A stretch of 64,000 nucleotides of DNA from Crocinitomicaceae bacterium (GTDB lineage: Bacteria; Bacteroidota; Bacteroidia; Flavobacteriales_D; Crocinitomicaceae), in NCBI GenBank assembly GCA_024643365.1, contig JAHENC010000004.1, forward strand, positions 67,046-131,045, given 5' to 3'. This document shows positions 17,815 to 27,349 of the stretch, piece by piece (within the stretch, counting starts at the first letter, position 1; every line of letters begins with the position of its first letter). The notes below the pieces were generated by a model. The model saw only the letters and a list, made by a program, of their open reading frames with translations. It had not been told where the DNA came from and made no database searches. A program made the position numbers and the translations under genes.

Positions 17815-18593
17815 ACGTAAAACCAAAAAAACACCTCGGTCAACATTTTTTAAAGGACCTTGAAACCTGTGAGAAAATAGCAAAACAAGTTACTTTTCAT
17901 CGTGGTTGTCGCAAAGTACTTGAGGTGGGACCGGGAATGGGTGCATTGACAGATTTCCTTAAATCCCACGATGGAATTGAACTCTTCCTGGTAGACATCG
18001 ATGCAGAATCCATCGAATATCTGCATCAGAAATATCCCTTGATGGGGGATCGAATCATTTATGCTGATTTTTTGCGCCAAGATTTGACAGAAATTATGGG
18101 GCAAGAGCCATTTATTGTTGCTGGTAATTTTCCTTACAACATCTCTTCCCAAATTTTATTTAAGTGTTTAGAACACCGAAATCAAATCCCCGAAATTATG
18201 GGGATGTTCCAAAGAGAAGTTGCCATTCGCATCGCAGAAAAACCAGGTTCAAAAGAATATGGAATTCTGAGTGTTTTCATGCAAGCTTTTTATGACATTA
18301 CCTATTGTTTCACTGTGGATGAACATGTCTTTATTCCACCTCCAAAGGTGAAATCCGGTGTAATTCGCTGTGTTCGAAATGAGCGTGAGTCATTGCCGTG
18401 TGATGAAAAGTTGTTCATGCGTGTTGTTAAAACAGCATTTCAACAACGGAGAAAAACGCTTCGAAATTCAGTGAAATCACTCACTCAGGATGCACAATTA
18501 CCAGATAAGTTTGTAACGCAAAGACCTGAGCGATTAAGCGTAGATGATTTTATTGAACTAACCCTTTTTATAGAAGGATTAGGGAGTAAATAG
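17811..18593 (+). CDS. rsmA: 16S rRNA (adenine1518/1519-N6)-dimethyltransferase RsmA/KsgA
   Basis: 260 aa with KKHLGQHFL, the VLEVGPGMGALT SAM motif, GNFPYNISS and QQRRKTLRNS. Confidence 0.9.
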   Translation: MNVKPKKHLGQHFLKDLETCEKIAKQVTFHRGCRKVLEVGPGMGALTDFLKSHDGIELFLVDIDAESIEYLHQKYPLMGDRIIYADFLRQDLTEIMGQEPFIVAGNFPYNISSQILFKCLEHRNQIPEIMGMFQREVAIRIAEKPGSKEYGILSVFMQAFYDITYCFTVDEHVFIPPPKVKSGVIRCVRNERESLPCDEKLFMRVVKTAFQQRRKTLRNSVKSLTQDAQLPDKFVTQRPERLSVDDFIELTLFIEGLGSK

Positions 18594-20282
18594 TTCCCCG
18601 GATCCATTTTGCGAAACTTGTTTGCCGTAGCGAAATTCTTTTTGGGATACGATGTTTCCATTTTCCCCGAATATAATAAACGAACCGTGTTTTAATCCGT
18701 TTTTATAGTGAATTTGGTACACTAATCTTCCTCGAGGATCTCGTTGTTCAAAAACACCATCTAACTTCCCGTATCGGTATTCAGAAACAATGGTAGGAAC
18801 CACGCCGCCTGGATAGTAATCAATCCATTTTCCATGTTTCATCCCTTTGCGATAAGTCCCTTCTGATTTCAGTTGGTAATCCTTTTGAGAGTATGCTTCA
18901 AATTTGCCATGATAATCGCTCACAGTCTCTTTTAAGCCCATAATTGCCATGTCATTTGTCACATTTGTTTCTGTGAAAACTTTGTAATTTACTTTTTCTT
19001 TCAGACGACCATTGTTGTAATAAGTATACCATGTTCCTACTTTGAATCCTTTTTTATACTTACCAGCATTGGATAGGATGCTTTCGGGTGTGTATGATAG
19101 CCAGTTTCCATTCATTAGTCCATTTTTGAATTCCGCCTTGTTTTTCAGTGCACCATTCTCCCAATAGTTATACCAGACACCTTCTTCTTTCCCATTTTGA
19201 TATTGACCATTCATAAGAAGAACGCCATCTTCATACCATGTCTGCCAGTTTCCTTCTCGTTGATCGTTCAGGTAATTTCCTTTCCGATAGGATGCGCCGT
19301 TTTGATAATAATAATTCCATTCTCCTGTTCGTTTTCCCTTATTGAAATGAGCTATATACGAGATTTCACCTGAGGAGAAATAATAATTCCAAATACTATC
19401 TTGCAGATCTTGGTAAAAAAATCCACTCATTTCTACATTTTTTTCAGGTGTTTTCCAAATCCAAAAACCGTCCTTTTTCCCAAGCTGATAACTCCCTGCC
19501 GTTATTGTGTCACCACTGATGGAAAGCACTAGATATGGGCCATCCAATGAATCCGCTTTGTAGGTTAATTTTTTTTCAAGGATTCCTTGGTATTCATAAA
19601 ATTCCCAAGCGCCATCTTTTTTACCATCTTTAAATGCTCCAGAAACCGATAAAACTCCATTGGCGGTTCGCTCTTCAAAAACGCCATTTTTCAATCCGTT
19701 TTTAAAGGTATAAGACGCTTTAATCACGCCATTCACGTAACGTTCTTCAATGAGCCCATTTCCGTTTTTAACCGTTTGACGATGAGTGGAATCTTCATCC
19801 CAACTTGCCATGAGGTAAACGGTATCATTGATGACTTTTTCCATCGATTTTTCTCTGCCATCATCAAAGTAATAGGTCCATTCACCTACCGGACTACCCA
19901 ATTCAAATTGTCCTTTCGTGATGAGTTTACCTGCTTCATTCCATTGAAAAAACAAGCTATCAGGGACGTTAAACTTGAAATAAGACTCTTCTTTTACTTT
20001 CTTATTCGGATAATAAAAAACGCGTTTACCTAATAAACGATCACGGTAATAATTACTCTCCTCTTCCAATTGGCCATCATAGGTGTAGAAAGACCATTTT
20101 CCATGTTTCTCAGTGGACTTCGGTGTTGCCGCACTCGTAAAATAAGAACCAGTAGCTTGAATATGCTTGTTGCCTACATCCCAATATAAGCGAACTTTAG
20201 GTCCAAGATTTTCTTTCAGAACCTTTTGACTAAACAGAGACGTTGATGTAAGAAATAACAGAAGTAAGAATAGATTTTTCAT
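18579..20282 (-). CDS. Secreted MORN/YwqK-type repeat protein
   Basis: 567 aa with a signal peptide. It contains more than 15 tandem ~23-aa repeats of the form G.W..YY.NG......Y.NG...G. (for example GEWNYYYQNGASYRKGNYLNDQREGNWQTWYEDG). Confidence 0.7.
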   Translation of the reverse strand: MKNLFLLLLFLTSTSLFSQKVLKENLGPKVRLYWDVGNKHIQATGSYFTSAATPKSTEKHGKWSFYTYDGQLEEESNYYRDRLLGKRVFYYPNKKVKEESYFKFNVPDSLFFQWNEAGKLITKGQFELGSPVGEWTYYFDDGREKSMEKVINDTVYLMASWDEDSTHRQTVKNGNGLIEERYVNGVIKASYTFKNGLKNGVFEERTANGVLSVSGAFKDGKKDGAWEFYEYQGILEKKLTYKADSLDGPYLVLSISGDTITAGSYQLGKKDGFWIWKTPEKNVEMSGFFYQDLQDSIWNYYFSSGEISYIAHFNKGKRTGEWNYYYQNGASYRKGNYLNDQREGNWQTWYEDGVLLMNGQYQNGKEEGVWYNYWENGALKNKAEFKNGLMNGNWLSYTPESILSNAGKYKKGFKVGTWYTYYNNGRLKEKVNYKVFTETNVTNDMAIMGLKETVSDYHGKFEAYSQKDYQLKSEGTYRKGMKHGKWIDYYPGGVVPTIVSEYRYGKLDGVFEQRDPRGRLVYQIHYKNGLKHGSFIIFGENGNIVSQKEFRYGKQVSQNGSGELFTP

Positions 20283-20288
20283 AGCGAC

Positions 20289-20954
20289 TTATTTCTTAAG
20301 AAAGAATTGTAGGATCAAGAATATTCCAAAAAGAGTAAAAACAATTCCAATAAGGCGGTTTAATCCGTTCAAAAGGGTTTGATTAACGAGAGGTCGGATT
20401 TTCTTTGCTGCGATAATTTTTAATACATCGACACTAAAAAAAGTGAGAAGAACCACTCCTAAAAAAACAAAGGCCCAAGTGGTGCTGTTTTCATCAGGTA
20501 CCGCATTGTTAGCAACGGAAGCAACACTGACCCAATAAAAGATCACCATTGGATTGGCAAAATTCAACACAAATCCTTTTAAACCAAGGAATACATAGTC
20601 TTTTGTGTTGTTATGTTGACGACTGTTTTCAGGACTTGCATCAATTCCCTCAAGTTTTTGGCTGTCTAATAAAGCAACTTTTTTAAACAAACTGATCATT
20701 CCGTAAATGACAAAGATCGCTCCTCCGATCATACTGAACATAAGTTTGTTGCCTGCGATTAGGCCTTTAATTTGCTCCACGAACATGACAGCTATGAGCA
20801 CATATACAATGTCACTAACGAGCACACCAAAGTCCAAGGCAAGTGCTGATCGAAATCCTTTTGTTATACTTGTTTCAAGTAAAAGAAAAAAGATTGGTCC
20901 AACCATTACACTTAATAAGAACCCAATACTAAAAGCTTGTATAAAGAAATCCAT
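20289..20954 (-). CDS. LysE/RhtB-family amino-acid exporter
   Basis: 221 aa with about 6 TM helices. The N-terminal GPIFFLLLETSITKGFRSALA segment and the overall topology fit LysE-type translocators. Confidence 0.75.
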   Translation of the reverse strand: MDFFIQAFSIGFLLSVMVGPIFFLLLETSITKGFRSALALDFGVLVSDIVYVLIAVMFVEQIKGLIAGNKLMFSMIGGAIFVIYGMISLFKKVALLDSQKLEGIDASPENSRQHNNTKDYVFLGLKGFVLNFANPMVIFYWVSVASVANNAVPDENSTTWAFVFLGVVLLTFFSVDVLKIIAAKKIRPLVNQTLLNGLNRLIGIVFTLFGIFLILQFFLKK

Positions 20955-20958
20955 TTAA

Positions 20959-20966
20959 CAAAAATA
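20959..20966 (-). promoter_or_regulatory. Candidate -7 promoter box (TATTTTTG on minus strand) 4 nt from the ATG (leaderless geometry)
   Basis: The minus strand reads TATTTTTGttaaATG, with the ATG at 20954..20952. Confidence 0.4.
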
Positions 20967-21041
20967 GGATTTCTTTTTGCTTGAAAAACGGCTTTTACAG
21001 AATGTTCACTGCGGAAGCGTGAATATTTCAATGATTTCCAC

Positions 21042-21049
21042 TAAATTTG
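21042..21049 (+). promoter_or_regulatory. Candidate -7 promoter box (TAAATTTG)
   Basis: Perfect TAnnTTTG match 18 nt upstream of ATG 21068. It overlaps the TTG (21047) used as the start in the ORF track. Confidence 0.4.
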
Positions 21050-21067
21050 CCTATCAAAATTGACTAC

Positions 21068-21427
21068 ATGAAAACTGGACTAGCGAATCAAAAATTAGAT
21101 GCTATCATCGCAAATGTTGAAAAGAGTGGTGTTACTGCCTCAAATTTAGTGGAGGATTTAAAAGCATTACGCGAAATGGCTTTGTTGGAGCAAGATCCAT
21201 TGGTCGTTAAGTTATTGCGTTTAACATATGAGTTTTTAACTGAAAACGAATGCTTTGACGTTCAAGCACAATATGACGAAGACGAAGAAGGAAATGAATA
21301 TCCAATGGAAATCGAAGAAAAAGAGAATCTATTGTACCTATTGAACTTATTGAAAAATGCAGATCATAAAATTAATCGTGAAGAAATGAAGGATTACCGA
21401 ACTGCATTGAAAGCAGAATTATATTAA
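21068..21427 (+). CDS. Hypothetical small acidic helical protein
   Basis: 119 aa from ATG 21068 (MKTGLANQKLDAI...). It contains a Glu/Asp-rich stretch (YDEDEEGNEYPMEIEEKEN) and no motif I recognise. Confidence 0.45.
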   Translation: MKTGLANQKLDAIIANVEKSGVTASNLVEDLKALREMALLEQDPLVVKLLRLTYEFLTENECFDVQAQYDEDEEGNEYPMEIEEKENLLYLLNLLKNADHKINREEMKDYRTALKAELY

Positions 21428-21519
21428 TAGAGTAAAGGCAACTTTTCTCTACGTTTAATCGTCTTGAGAAAAGCAGAACAAAAACGTTTGTTCGGTTTTG
21501 GTTTTATTTAACTTGCAGT

Positions 21520-21573
21520 AACCTGAAAAGAGCTAAAGCGGATGAATCCCTTTTTTTCTTTTCAGGTTTTTTT
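21520..21573 (+). terminator. Long-loop hairpin plus T-run (possible terminator or small structured RNA)
   Basis: A 12-bp perfect stem (aacctgaaaaga at 21520..21531 pairs with tcttttcaggtt at 21557..21568) encloses a 25-nt loop and is followed by tttttg. It sits between convergent genes. Confidence 0.4.
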
Positions 21574-21578
21574 GTTTA

Positions 21579-24374
21579 TCAGCAATATTGGCAATAATCT
21601 GAATCGGGTTGATGCTCGAAAGGTTGAGTATCATCAAACATTTGGACGAGAATCTCACTAAGTAATTCATGGACGACTGGAATCATATCTGCTAAGTTAC
21701 CACCATCCTTTAACGTGAGATTAAAGTCTTCATTTACGTTAATTAACGAAGTGATTTTTGCCTCATCTGGCATCATGCCATATTTATCCTTGAAAAACAA
21801 ACAATAAAGCGCTAATTGAAAAGCGTGCTTTGTTTTGAGAAAGGAAGGAATTAATCCTTTCGTTGTTGTTTCGTAAACAACCTGTTCCTTTTTAACTTTC
21901 CCAGTTTTGTAGTCGATGACGCGGTAATGATTTCCAATTCGATCGATGCGGTCAATGTATCCTTTAAATTGCAATTTTCTTGTTTCGTCCCCAAATGGCA
22001 CTAAAATTTCTGTGTGCATTTCTGCTTCTATCTGTTCGATGTATAATGGTTCGTCTAGGCCTTGAATAAACTCAAGTTCTTTTTTTAAAACGTTCTTGGT
22101 AATCTCAATGGCCATTTCATAACTCAGGCGATTTTTCCCTGTTTTAAATAAAGTTTCATCTTGACCAAAATGATCTAAAAATCCTTTATAAAGACTTTTC
22201 TTGAATGTATCCAACATTTTCAATAGATCTTTTTCTCTTACTGGAGGGGGCGCTGGTTGAACGTATGCACCTTGCTGATCTCTTTGAGCATAAGGTTTGA
22301 ATAAGTCTTCTAACGTTTTGTGGATGATGCTGCCAAAGGTATTATTCTCTATTTCCTCTTCTACTTCTTTGTCTTCCCCAAATTCAACGAGGTATCTGTA
22401 GTAATAGTCCAAGGGACAAATCATGTATTTATTTACCGCTGAAGCTGATAAGGGCTTGTCTAAAAATTCTTGAATACGGTTCAGGACTTCAGGTGTTTTT
22501 TGTATCTGGGTGGTATTCAGTGTGGCTCTGTCAGCAAATGGAACATGGTAAAACAATTTCTTCCATTGAATGGATGGATTTGCCTTGGTTAATTCCATTT
22601 CAATTTGCATTAAATAGCGACTGGCTTCATTGCTGCCTATTTGTTCTGCTGCTGCCGTATAGGTCGCTAAGACTTTAGTTGCTTGATGTAAAAGTCGATA
22701 AAAGTGATGCGCAAATAATCCCTGCTTCTCCCGAGTAGACGGAAGATTAAATGCAGCCCGCAAGTCCATAGGAATAAGCGTACGAATTGGATTGTTATTC
22801 GGGAGTTTTCCTTCGTTTAAACCAAGTATGATGAGGTTCTTAAAATCGATCATGCGGGTCTCCAATAAGCCCATGATTTGTAATCCGTTGGTTGGATTAC
22901 CATGAAAGGCAATAGTAGAAGTGGACCAATGTTGGTTGAGCAATAGCTTGAAACTTCTCATTTCCATGTTTGGGATCCCCTCCTTAAGTAGCGACTCAAA
23001 TCCACGCATGGCTTGATCAAAAACTTGAATTGTCGTACGTTCGAATTCATGTATTGGTTCGAAAGAATCTACAAAAAGAACGTTTAACCGTCTAATTTTT
23101 TCCAATGCCGCATGCCAGTTTTCGTTCCAGTCTTCTGTCACTAATTCAAAAAGTTCTTTGGCTTTTGGAGGCAGGTTCATACGCTCAACCAATTGAAAAA
23201 CTTTGTTTTTACGGATACTGTCCTGCTCAATGGACGAAAGTTGTTTTTTTTCTTCGTCAGGAAGTGACGCTAAACAAAACACATGGTTTAGAATGCGCTG
23301 AAAATCTTTGAAATATAGAGCTTTCGTTCGGAATCGTTTCTTGTTTTCTTGAATGGTAAATAACAAATCAACCCAAGACTTCACAGGTGTTTGTTGAAGG
23401 GGTAATCCAAGTGTAATATTTGCCTTCCCAACGTTTGCAGGTATGTTTTTCACCAAGGAATGAATCAATGTTTCATCTGCAAGTAGAACCAGTGTTTCAT
23501 CTAATTCTGTTTGATTCAGTTTCGCAAGTTCCGTTGCAGCAACTTTTATTTGACCAGTATGTTGAGAACATTCGATAACCGTAAAATCAATTGGTGAATG
23601 TTGAATATTATCTTGAATGAAGTTCGCATTCTTCTGTTCCAAATAGGCTAAATCATCGCGTAAAAACGAACCTGCTTCGTGTTGATCATTATTGAGGTAA
23701 TATACATCTGCGTCAATAATAAATTCCGCATCACCTCGTTTTATTAAGTTTTTAATGATTTGAAGTTCCGCTTTAGAGAGGGCATTGAAACCCGCGAAAA
23801 TATATTTTTTATCAGATGGAATCAATGCCAAGGTTTCCTCTGCTAACTTACGATAGGCTTGTGATAGCGTGAGTTGTGACCTCTTTTTCAATTGTTCCAT
23901 CAACTTCGTGTGCAAGGGTGGAATTTGCTCCCAAAATGCCATGAATTTCAGTTGTGATTCGCTGTAATTTTCCTCGTCGATATGCCAACTTTCTAATTCC
24001 TTGATGGATTTAAGATTTTTGAAAATCTGATCTTGGTCGACCATGTACCGATCCAGGTCGTTGAAATCACTTAACAACGTTGCTCCCCACGTGAGGAAAG
24101 TCTCAAAACTTTGACCTTTACCTTCGTCTGTTTGTCCGTAAGCTTCAAAAAGAACGATGAGTAGTCGCGTCGGTTCAATAATCTGATCGAATTGCGCTCT
24201 TACCCAACGATCAATAGTGAGCATTTCAGGTGCAATTAGGGGTCCATCATTTAATTTAAACAAGGAATTTCCTAAGTATTTTACAGCTCTTTCAGATGGT
24301 AAAATAACTACCAATTGCTCTAGTTCTGTATAGTCATCCAGAATTTTTCGGGCTAGATTATCAATAAATTTCAT
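21579..24374 (-). CDS. PD-(D/E)XK nuclease superfamily protein, AddB-like
   Basis: 931 aa. The C-terminal RecB-type nuclease region shows GYIDRIDRI and VIDYKTGK, with Cys residues at KYMICP and at the extreme C-terminus (CQYC). The long N-terminal part lacks a Walker A motif and looks like an inactivated helicase, as in AddB/RexB. Confidence 0.7.
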   Translation of the reverse strand: MKFIDNLARKILDDYTELEQLVVILPSERAVKYLGNSLFKLNDGPLIAPEMLTIDRWVRAQFDQIIEPTRLLIVLFEAYGQTDEGKGQSFETFLTWGATLLSDFNDLDRYMVDQDQIFKNLKSIKELESWHIDEENYSESQLKFMAFWEQIPPLHTKLMEQLKKRSQLTLSQAYRKLAEETLALIPSDKKYIFAGFNALSKAELQIIKNLIKRGDAEFIIDADVYYLNNDQHEAGSFLRDDLAYLEQKNANFIQDNIQHSPIDFTVIECSQHTGQIKVAATELAKLNQTELDETLVLLADETLIHSLVKNIPANVGKANITLGLPLQQTPVKSWVDLLFTIQENKKRFRTKALYFKDFQRILNHVFCLASLPDEEKKQLSSIEQDSIRKNKVFQLVERMNLPPKAKELFELVTEDWNENWHAALEKIRRLNVLFVDSFEPIHEFERTTIQVFDQAMRGFESLLKEGIPNMEMRSFKLLLNQHWSTSTIAFHGNPTNGLQIMGLLETRMIDFKNLIILGLNEGKLPNNNPIRTLIPMDLRAAFNLPSTREKQGLFAHHFYRLLHQATKVLATYTAAAEQIGSNEASRYLMQIEMELTKANPSIQWKKLFYHVPFADRATLNTTQIQKTPEVLNRIQEFLDKPLSASAVNKYMICPLDYYYRYLVEFGEDKEVEEEIENNTFGSIIHKTLEDLFKPYAQRDQQGAYVQPAPPPVREKDLLKMLDTFKKSLYKGFLDHFGQDETLFKTGKNRLSYEMAIEITKNVLKKELEFIQGLDEPLYIEQIEAEMHTEILVPFGDETRKLQFKGYIDRIDRIGNHYRVIDYKTGKVKKEQVVYETTTKGLIPSFLKTKHAFQLALYCLFFKDKYGMMPDEAKITSLINVNEDFNLTLKDGGNLADMIPVVHELLSEILVQMFDDTQPFEHQPDSDYCQYC

Positions 24375-24416
24375 GAGATGAGAATAGGTAGTAGCGTATA
24401 AACGAAGATAAGCATT

Positions 24417-25643
24417 CTATTCAAACCAAACTCGCAGAAAAAATTGATTCGGACGATTGGAGTGCATGTATTTATTCCCTCCATACGTTTTGATGACTGC
24501 AAAATACGTTGGGCTAAACTGAATTTGCACGTAATTCAATCCCTCAGGATAGGTGTTAGACAATCCTTCAAAAATAATTCGTCCATCGTCAAGTAATAGC
24601 TTTCGTGCAGTGGTATTTGGTGGAGTAGCGATATAAATCGCTGCAATCTCTTCTGCAGTTAAATTCGTATCGATTGGAATAATGGATATTTCATAGGTAT
24701 TCCCTTGTCCAAATTCCCTGTAAATAATACGTTTTATACCGTCAGACTCTTCCAAGATAATTGGCTTTCCAGCTAATTTTGCTACAAGTCCTGAATTTTG
24801 GTCGTGATACACATATTCTTTGTAGGAACGAACTTTTACCTCATCGTTACTCGCTTTTTCTGAATGATACCAAGTGACCATTCTTACTTTATAACCTTTC
24901 GATCGCAACAAATTGATGATTCCGTTTGATCCCCCTAGGTGCCCCGCACCAACGGCACAGAAAAAAGTAGTTTTGGATTTTAAAATGGAATCAAGTTTTT
25001 GTGTCATCCGCACATTACGTTTGGTAATAACCTCATCATAAAGCCCTTCCTGAATGGACATGTTCGCTTTCATGAATTTGTCGATGGCCATTAAATCACC
25101 TTTTAAGTACAGATCAATTAAACGTTCATGGGTGAAATTGTTCAGTGCATCATCGATAAATCGTTGATCGGATACTTGAAATTCATCGGTTAATAAATCG
25201 TATTGCTCTTTGACGCTTTCCAACGGAATAAATTCTTTTCCCGCATTGAAACAAAACTGTTGAAAATAGGCATCCAAAAACTGTGGCATTCCATCCTCAT
25301 CTCCATAGAAGGTTTTACTTGCATCGGTTTCTGAGGTGTATGGACGCCCATTTTTATCGTAAAGGGTTGTGGGTAAGTTTGCTCGTGTATCTAAATCGTT
25401 GAACAAACCGAAAACATCTGTTTCCAGAATGAGTTTATTCGTATTGATCATCGCAGAATACACGGAATCTGACAATTGAAATAGTCGTTTGTCATTTGAA
25501 TGCAAGGATCCGAAAACATAGGATTTTTGTTTTAGTCCATTGCCAGAAATCTCCCAAAGTAATTCCCTGTCGGCAAAGTAGTTTTGACCAATTGCTAAAT
25601 AGCAAGAGCCGCAAATTGCATAAAGTATTACTAGGTATTTCAT
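24417..25643 (-). CDS. TraB/GumN-family protein (secreted)
   Basis: 408 aa with a signal peptide. The family signature LWEISGNGLKQKSYVFGSLHSNDKR is present, and GAGHLGG occurs later. Confidence 0.7.
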   Translation of the reverse strand: MKYLVILYAICGSCYLAIGQNYFADRELLWEISGNGLKQKSYVFGSLHSNDKRLFQLSDSVYSAMINTNKLILETDVFGLFNDLDTRANLPTTLYDKNGRPYTSETDASKTFYGDEDGMPQFLDAYFQQFCFNAGKEFIPLESVKEQYDLLTDEFQVSDQRFIDDALNNFTHERLIDLYLKGDLMAIDKFMKANMSIQEGLYDEVITKRNVRMTQKLDSILKSKTTFFCAVGAGHLGGSNGIINLLRSKGYKVRMVTWYHSEKASNDEVKVRSYKEYVYHDQNSGLVAKLAGKPIILEESDGIKRIIYREFGQGNTYEISIIPIDTNLTAEEIAAIYIATPPNTTARKLLLDDGRIIFEGLSNTYPEGLNYVQIQFSPTYFAVIKTYGGNKYMHSNRPNQFFLRVWFE

Positions 25644-25651
25644 CTTAGCTT

Positions 25652-25659
25652 CAAAGGTA
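25652..25659 (-). promoter_or_regulatory. Candidate -7 promoter box (TACCTTTG on minus strand)
   Basis: The plus strand reads caaaggta, 8 nt upstream of the ATG at 25643. A TTTG (plus-strand caaa at 25676..25679) lies 16 nt further upstream, which is shorter than the usual 19-21 nt. Confidence 0.35.
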
Positions 25660-25674
25660 CATTTTTACACTGAA

Positions 25675-26907
25675 TCAAATGAATATTCGTTTCACATGTT
25701 GTTCACCAAAGGCATAGGCAAGGTATGCCAAGGATGGAATTTCTTTTGTTAAAATAATGGGAGACTTTCTACCTAATGCAATTTTGCCGTGAGTTCCTGT
25801 CAATTCCAACGCCGCCGCTGCATTGATTGTCAATGCATTTATTCCTTCTTCAGGGGTCATCTTTTGTTTGATGCAGGCCAAGGACAAGATGGTCATTAAA
25901 TCATAATTCGGTGAAGAACCTGGGTTGTAATCACTGGCTAAAGAAATAGGCAGTCCTGCGTCCATCATACGTCGCGCATCTCCAAATGGTATCGATAAAA
26001 AGTGAGAACATCCAGGGAGTAGGGTAGGTATGGTCTTACTTTGTTTCAGTGCCGCAATGTCATGGTCGTCAATTTCTTCTAAATGATCTACAGAAATTGC
26101 GCCAAGTTCAATGGCTTTTTGAACGCCGCCGAGCACACTAAATTGATTCACATGCACTTTGGGTTTTAGGCCTAGGGCAATGCCAGCTTTTAGTATTTCT
26201 TCCATTTCAAGGACAGAGAAATAATTACGTTCACAGAAGACATCGATGTAATCCGCCAATTGTTCCTTATGAATAGCAGGCAACATTTCTTGAATGATCA
26301 AATCAATATAGCCTCGTTTATTTTCTTTGTATTCAGCAGGAAAAGCGTGTGCACCTAAAAATGTAGCCTTGATATTAATTGGCATGCATTCTTTCAAGCG
26401 TTTGATTACGCGAAGCATTTTTAGTTCACCTTCTAGTGAAAGACCATAACCAGATTTGATTTCGAGGGCACCTGTTCCTGTTTGAATTATACGTTCAATG
26501 CGTGTTTTTGCGGAATCAAATAATTCATCTTCTGAAAGCTCACTTAACTTTCTTGCAGAATTCAGAATTCCTCCACCTTTGGCCGCTATTTCCTCATAAC
26601 TAAGTCCGTGAATTCGGTCCACGAATTCTTCTTCACGAGTTTTTGCAAAAACAGTATGTGTGTGTGAATCCACAAAAGCGGGAAGTACATAACAGCCGTC
26701 GGCATCTACAATTTCAACATCGCGCCAATCTAGAATTCCTTCCCATTCTGCCATTTTTCCATAGGCAATAACTTCACCATCTTCTAGCGCCAAGAAAGCC
26801 TCTTCTATTAAGTCTAATTGCTTCATTTCAGCACCTTTCCGAACGGATGGAATTTGTTCACCCGCTTGTACGAGTCCTTTGATGTTTTTGATAAGAATTT
26901 TAGACAT
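25675..26907 (-). CDS. hutI: Imidazolonepropionase
   Basis: 410 aa. It is an amidohydrolase fold with FVDSHTH, KVHVNQFS, SVDHLE and ASDYNPGS motifs, in the arrangement typical of HutI. Confidence 0.85.
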   Translation of the reverse strand: MSKILIKNIKGLVQAGEQIPSVRKGAEMKQLDLIEEAFLALEDGEVIAYGKMAEWEGILDWRDVEIVDADGCYVLPAFVDSHTHTVFAKTREEEFVDRIHGLSYEEIAAKGGGILNSARKLSELSEDELFDSAKTRIERIIQTGTGALEIKSGYGLSLEGELKMLRVIKRLKECMPINIKATFLGAHAFPAEYKENKRGYIDLIIQEMLPAIHKEQLADYIDVFCERNYFSVLEMEEILKAGIALGLKPKVHVNQFSVLGGVQKAIELGAISVDHLEEIDDHDIAALKQSKTIPTLLPGCSHFLSIPFGDARRMMDAGLPISLASDYNPGSSPNYDLMTILSLACIKQKMTPEEGINALTINAAAALELTGTHGKIALGRKSPIILTKEIPSLAYLAYAFGEQHVKRIFI

Positions 26908-26991
26908 ATCTGGAATTTGATATAAAGATACTTGCTTGTTTCATTCACTCGGAAAATCGAGGGAAAAATTGTATATTTAAGTAAAAAGAAA

Positions 26992-27345
26992 ATGAAAAAA
27001 GAGGAGTTGGGCTCATGGGGAGAAGATGAAGCGTTGAATTTTTTACAAGGAAAAGGATTTCAGTTCATTGATCGAAACATCCGATTTAAGAAATGGGAAA
27101 TTGACCTTGTCCTTCTGGACGGAGAAGAATTGGTTGTTGTAGAAGTAAAAGCGAGAAGCACTGCACAAATTGGCGAGCCATGGCGTGCTGTAACGAGGTC
27201 CAAGCAACGTCAAATAATAAAGGTTGCCGATCGTTATGTTCAAGATAATCAAATTGACAGAAATGTACGTTTCGATATTATTTCAATCGTTCATAATCAA
27301 TATCAAACAAATATCGAACATATCGCGGACGCCTTTTCAGCGTAA
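26992..27345 (+). CDS. YraN-family (UPF0102) endonuclease-like protein
   Basis: 117 aa from ATG 26992 (the track starts at TTG 26932). It shows GEDEALNFLQGKGFQFIDRN, EIDLV and VVVEVKAR, typical of YraN. Confidence 0.8.
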   Translation: MKKEELGSWGEDEALNFLQGKGFQFIDRNIRFKKWEIDLVLLDGEELVVVEVKARSTAQIGEPWRAVTRSKQRQIIKVADRYVQDNQIDRNVRFDIISIVHNQYQTNIEHIADAFSA

Positions 27346-27349
27346 CTGC

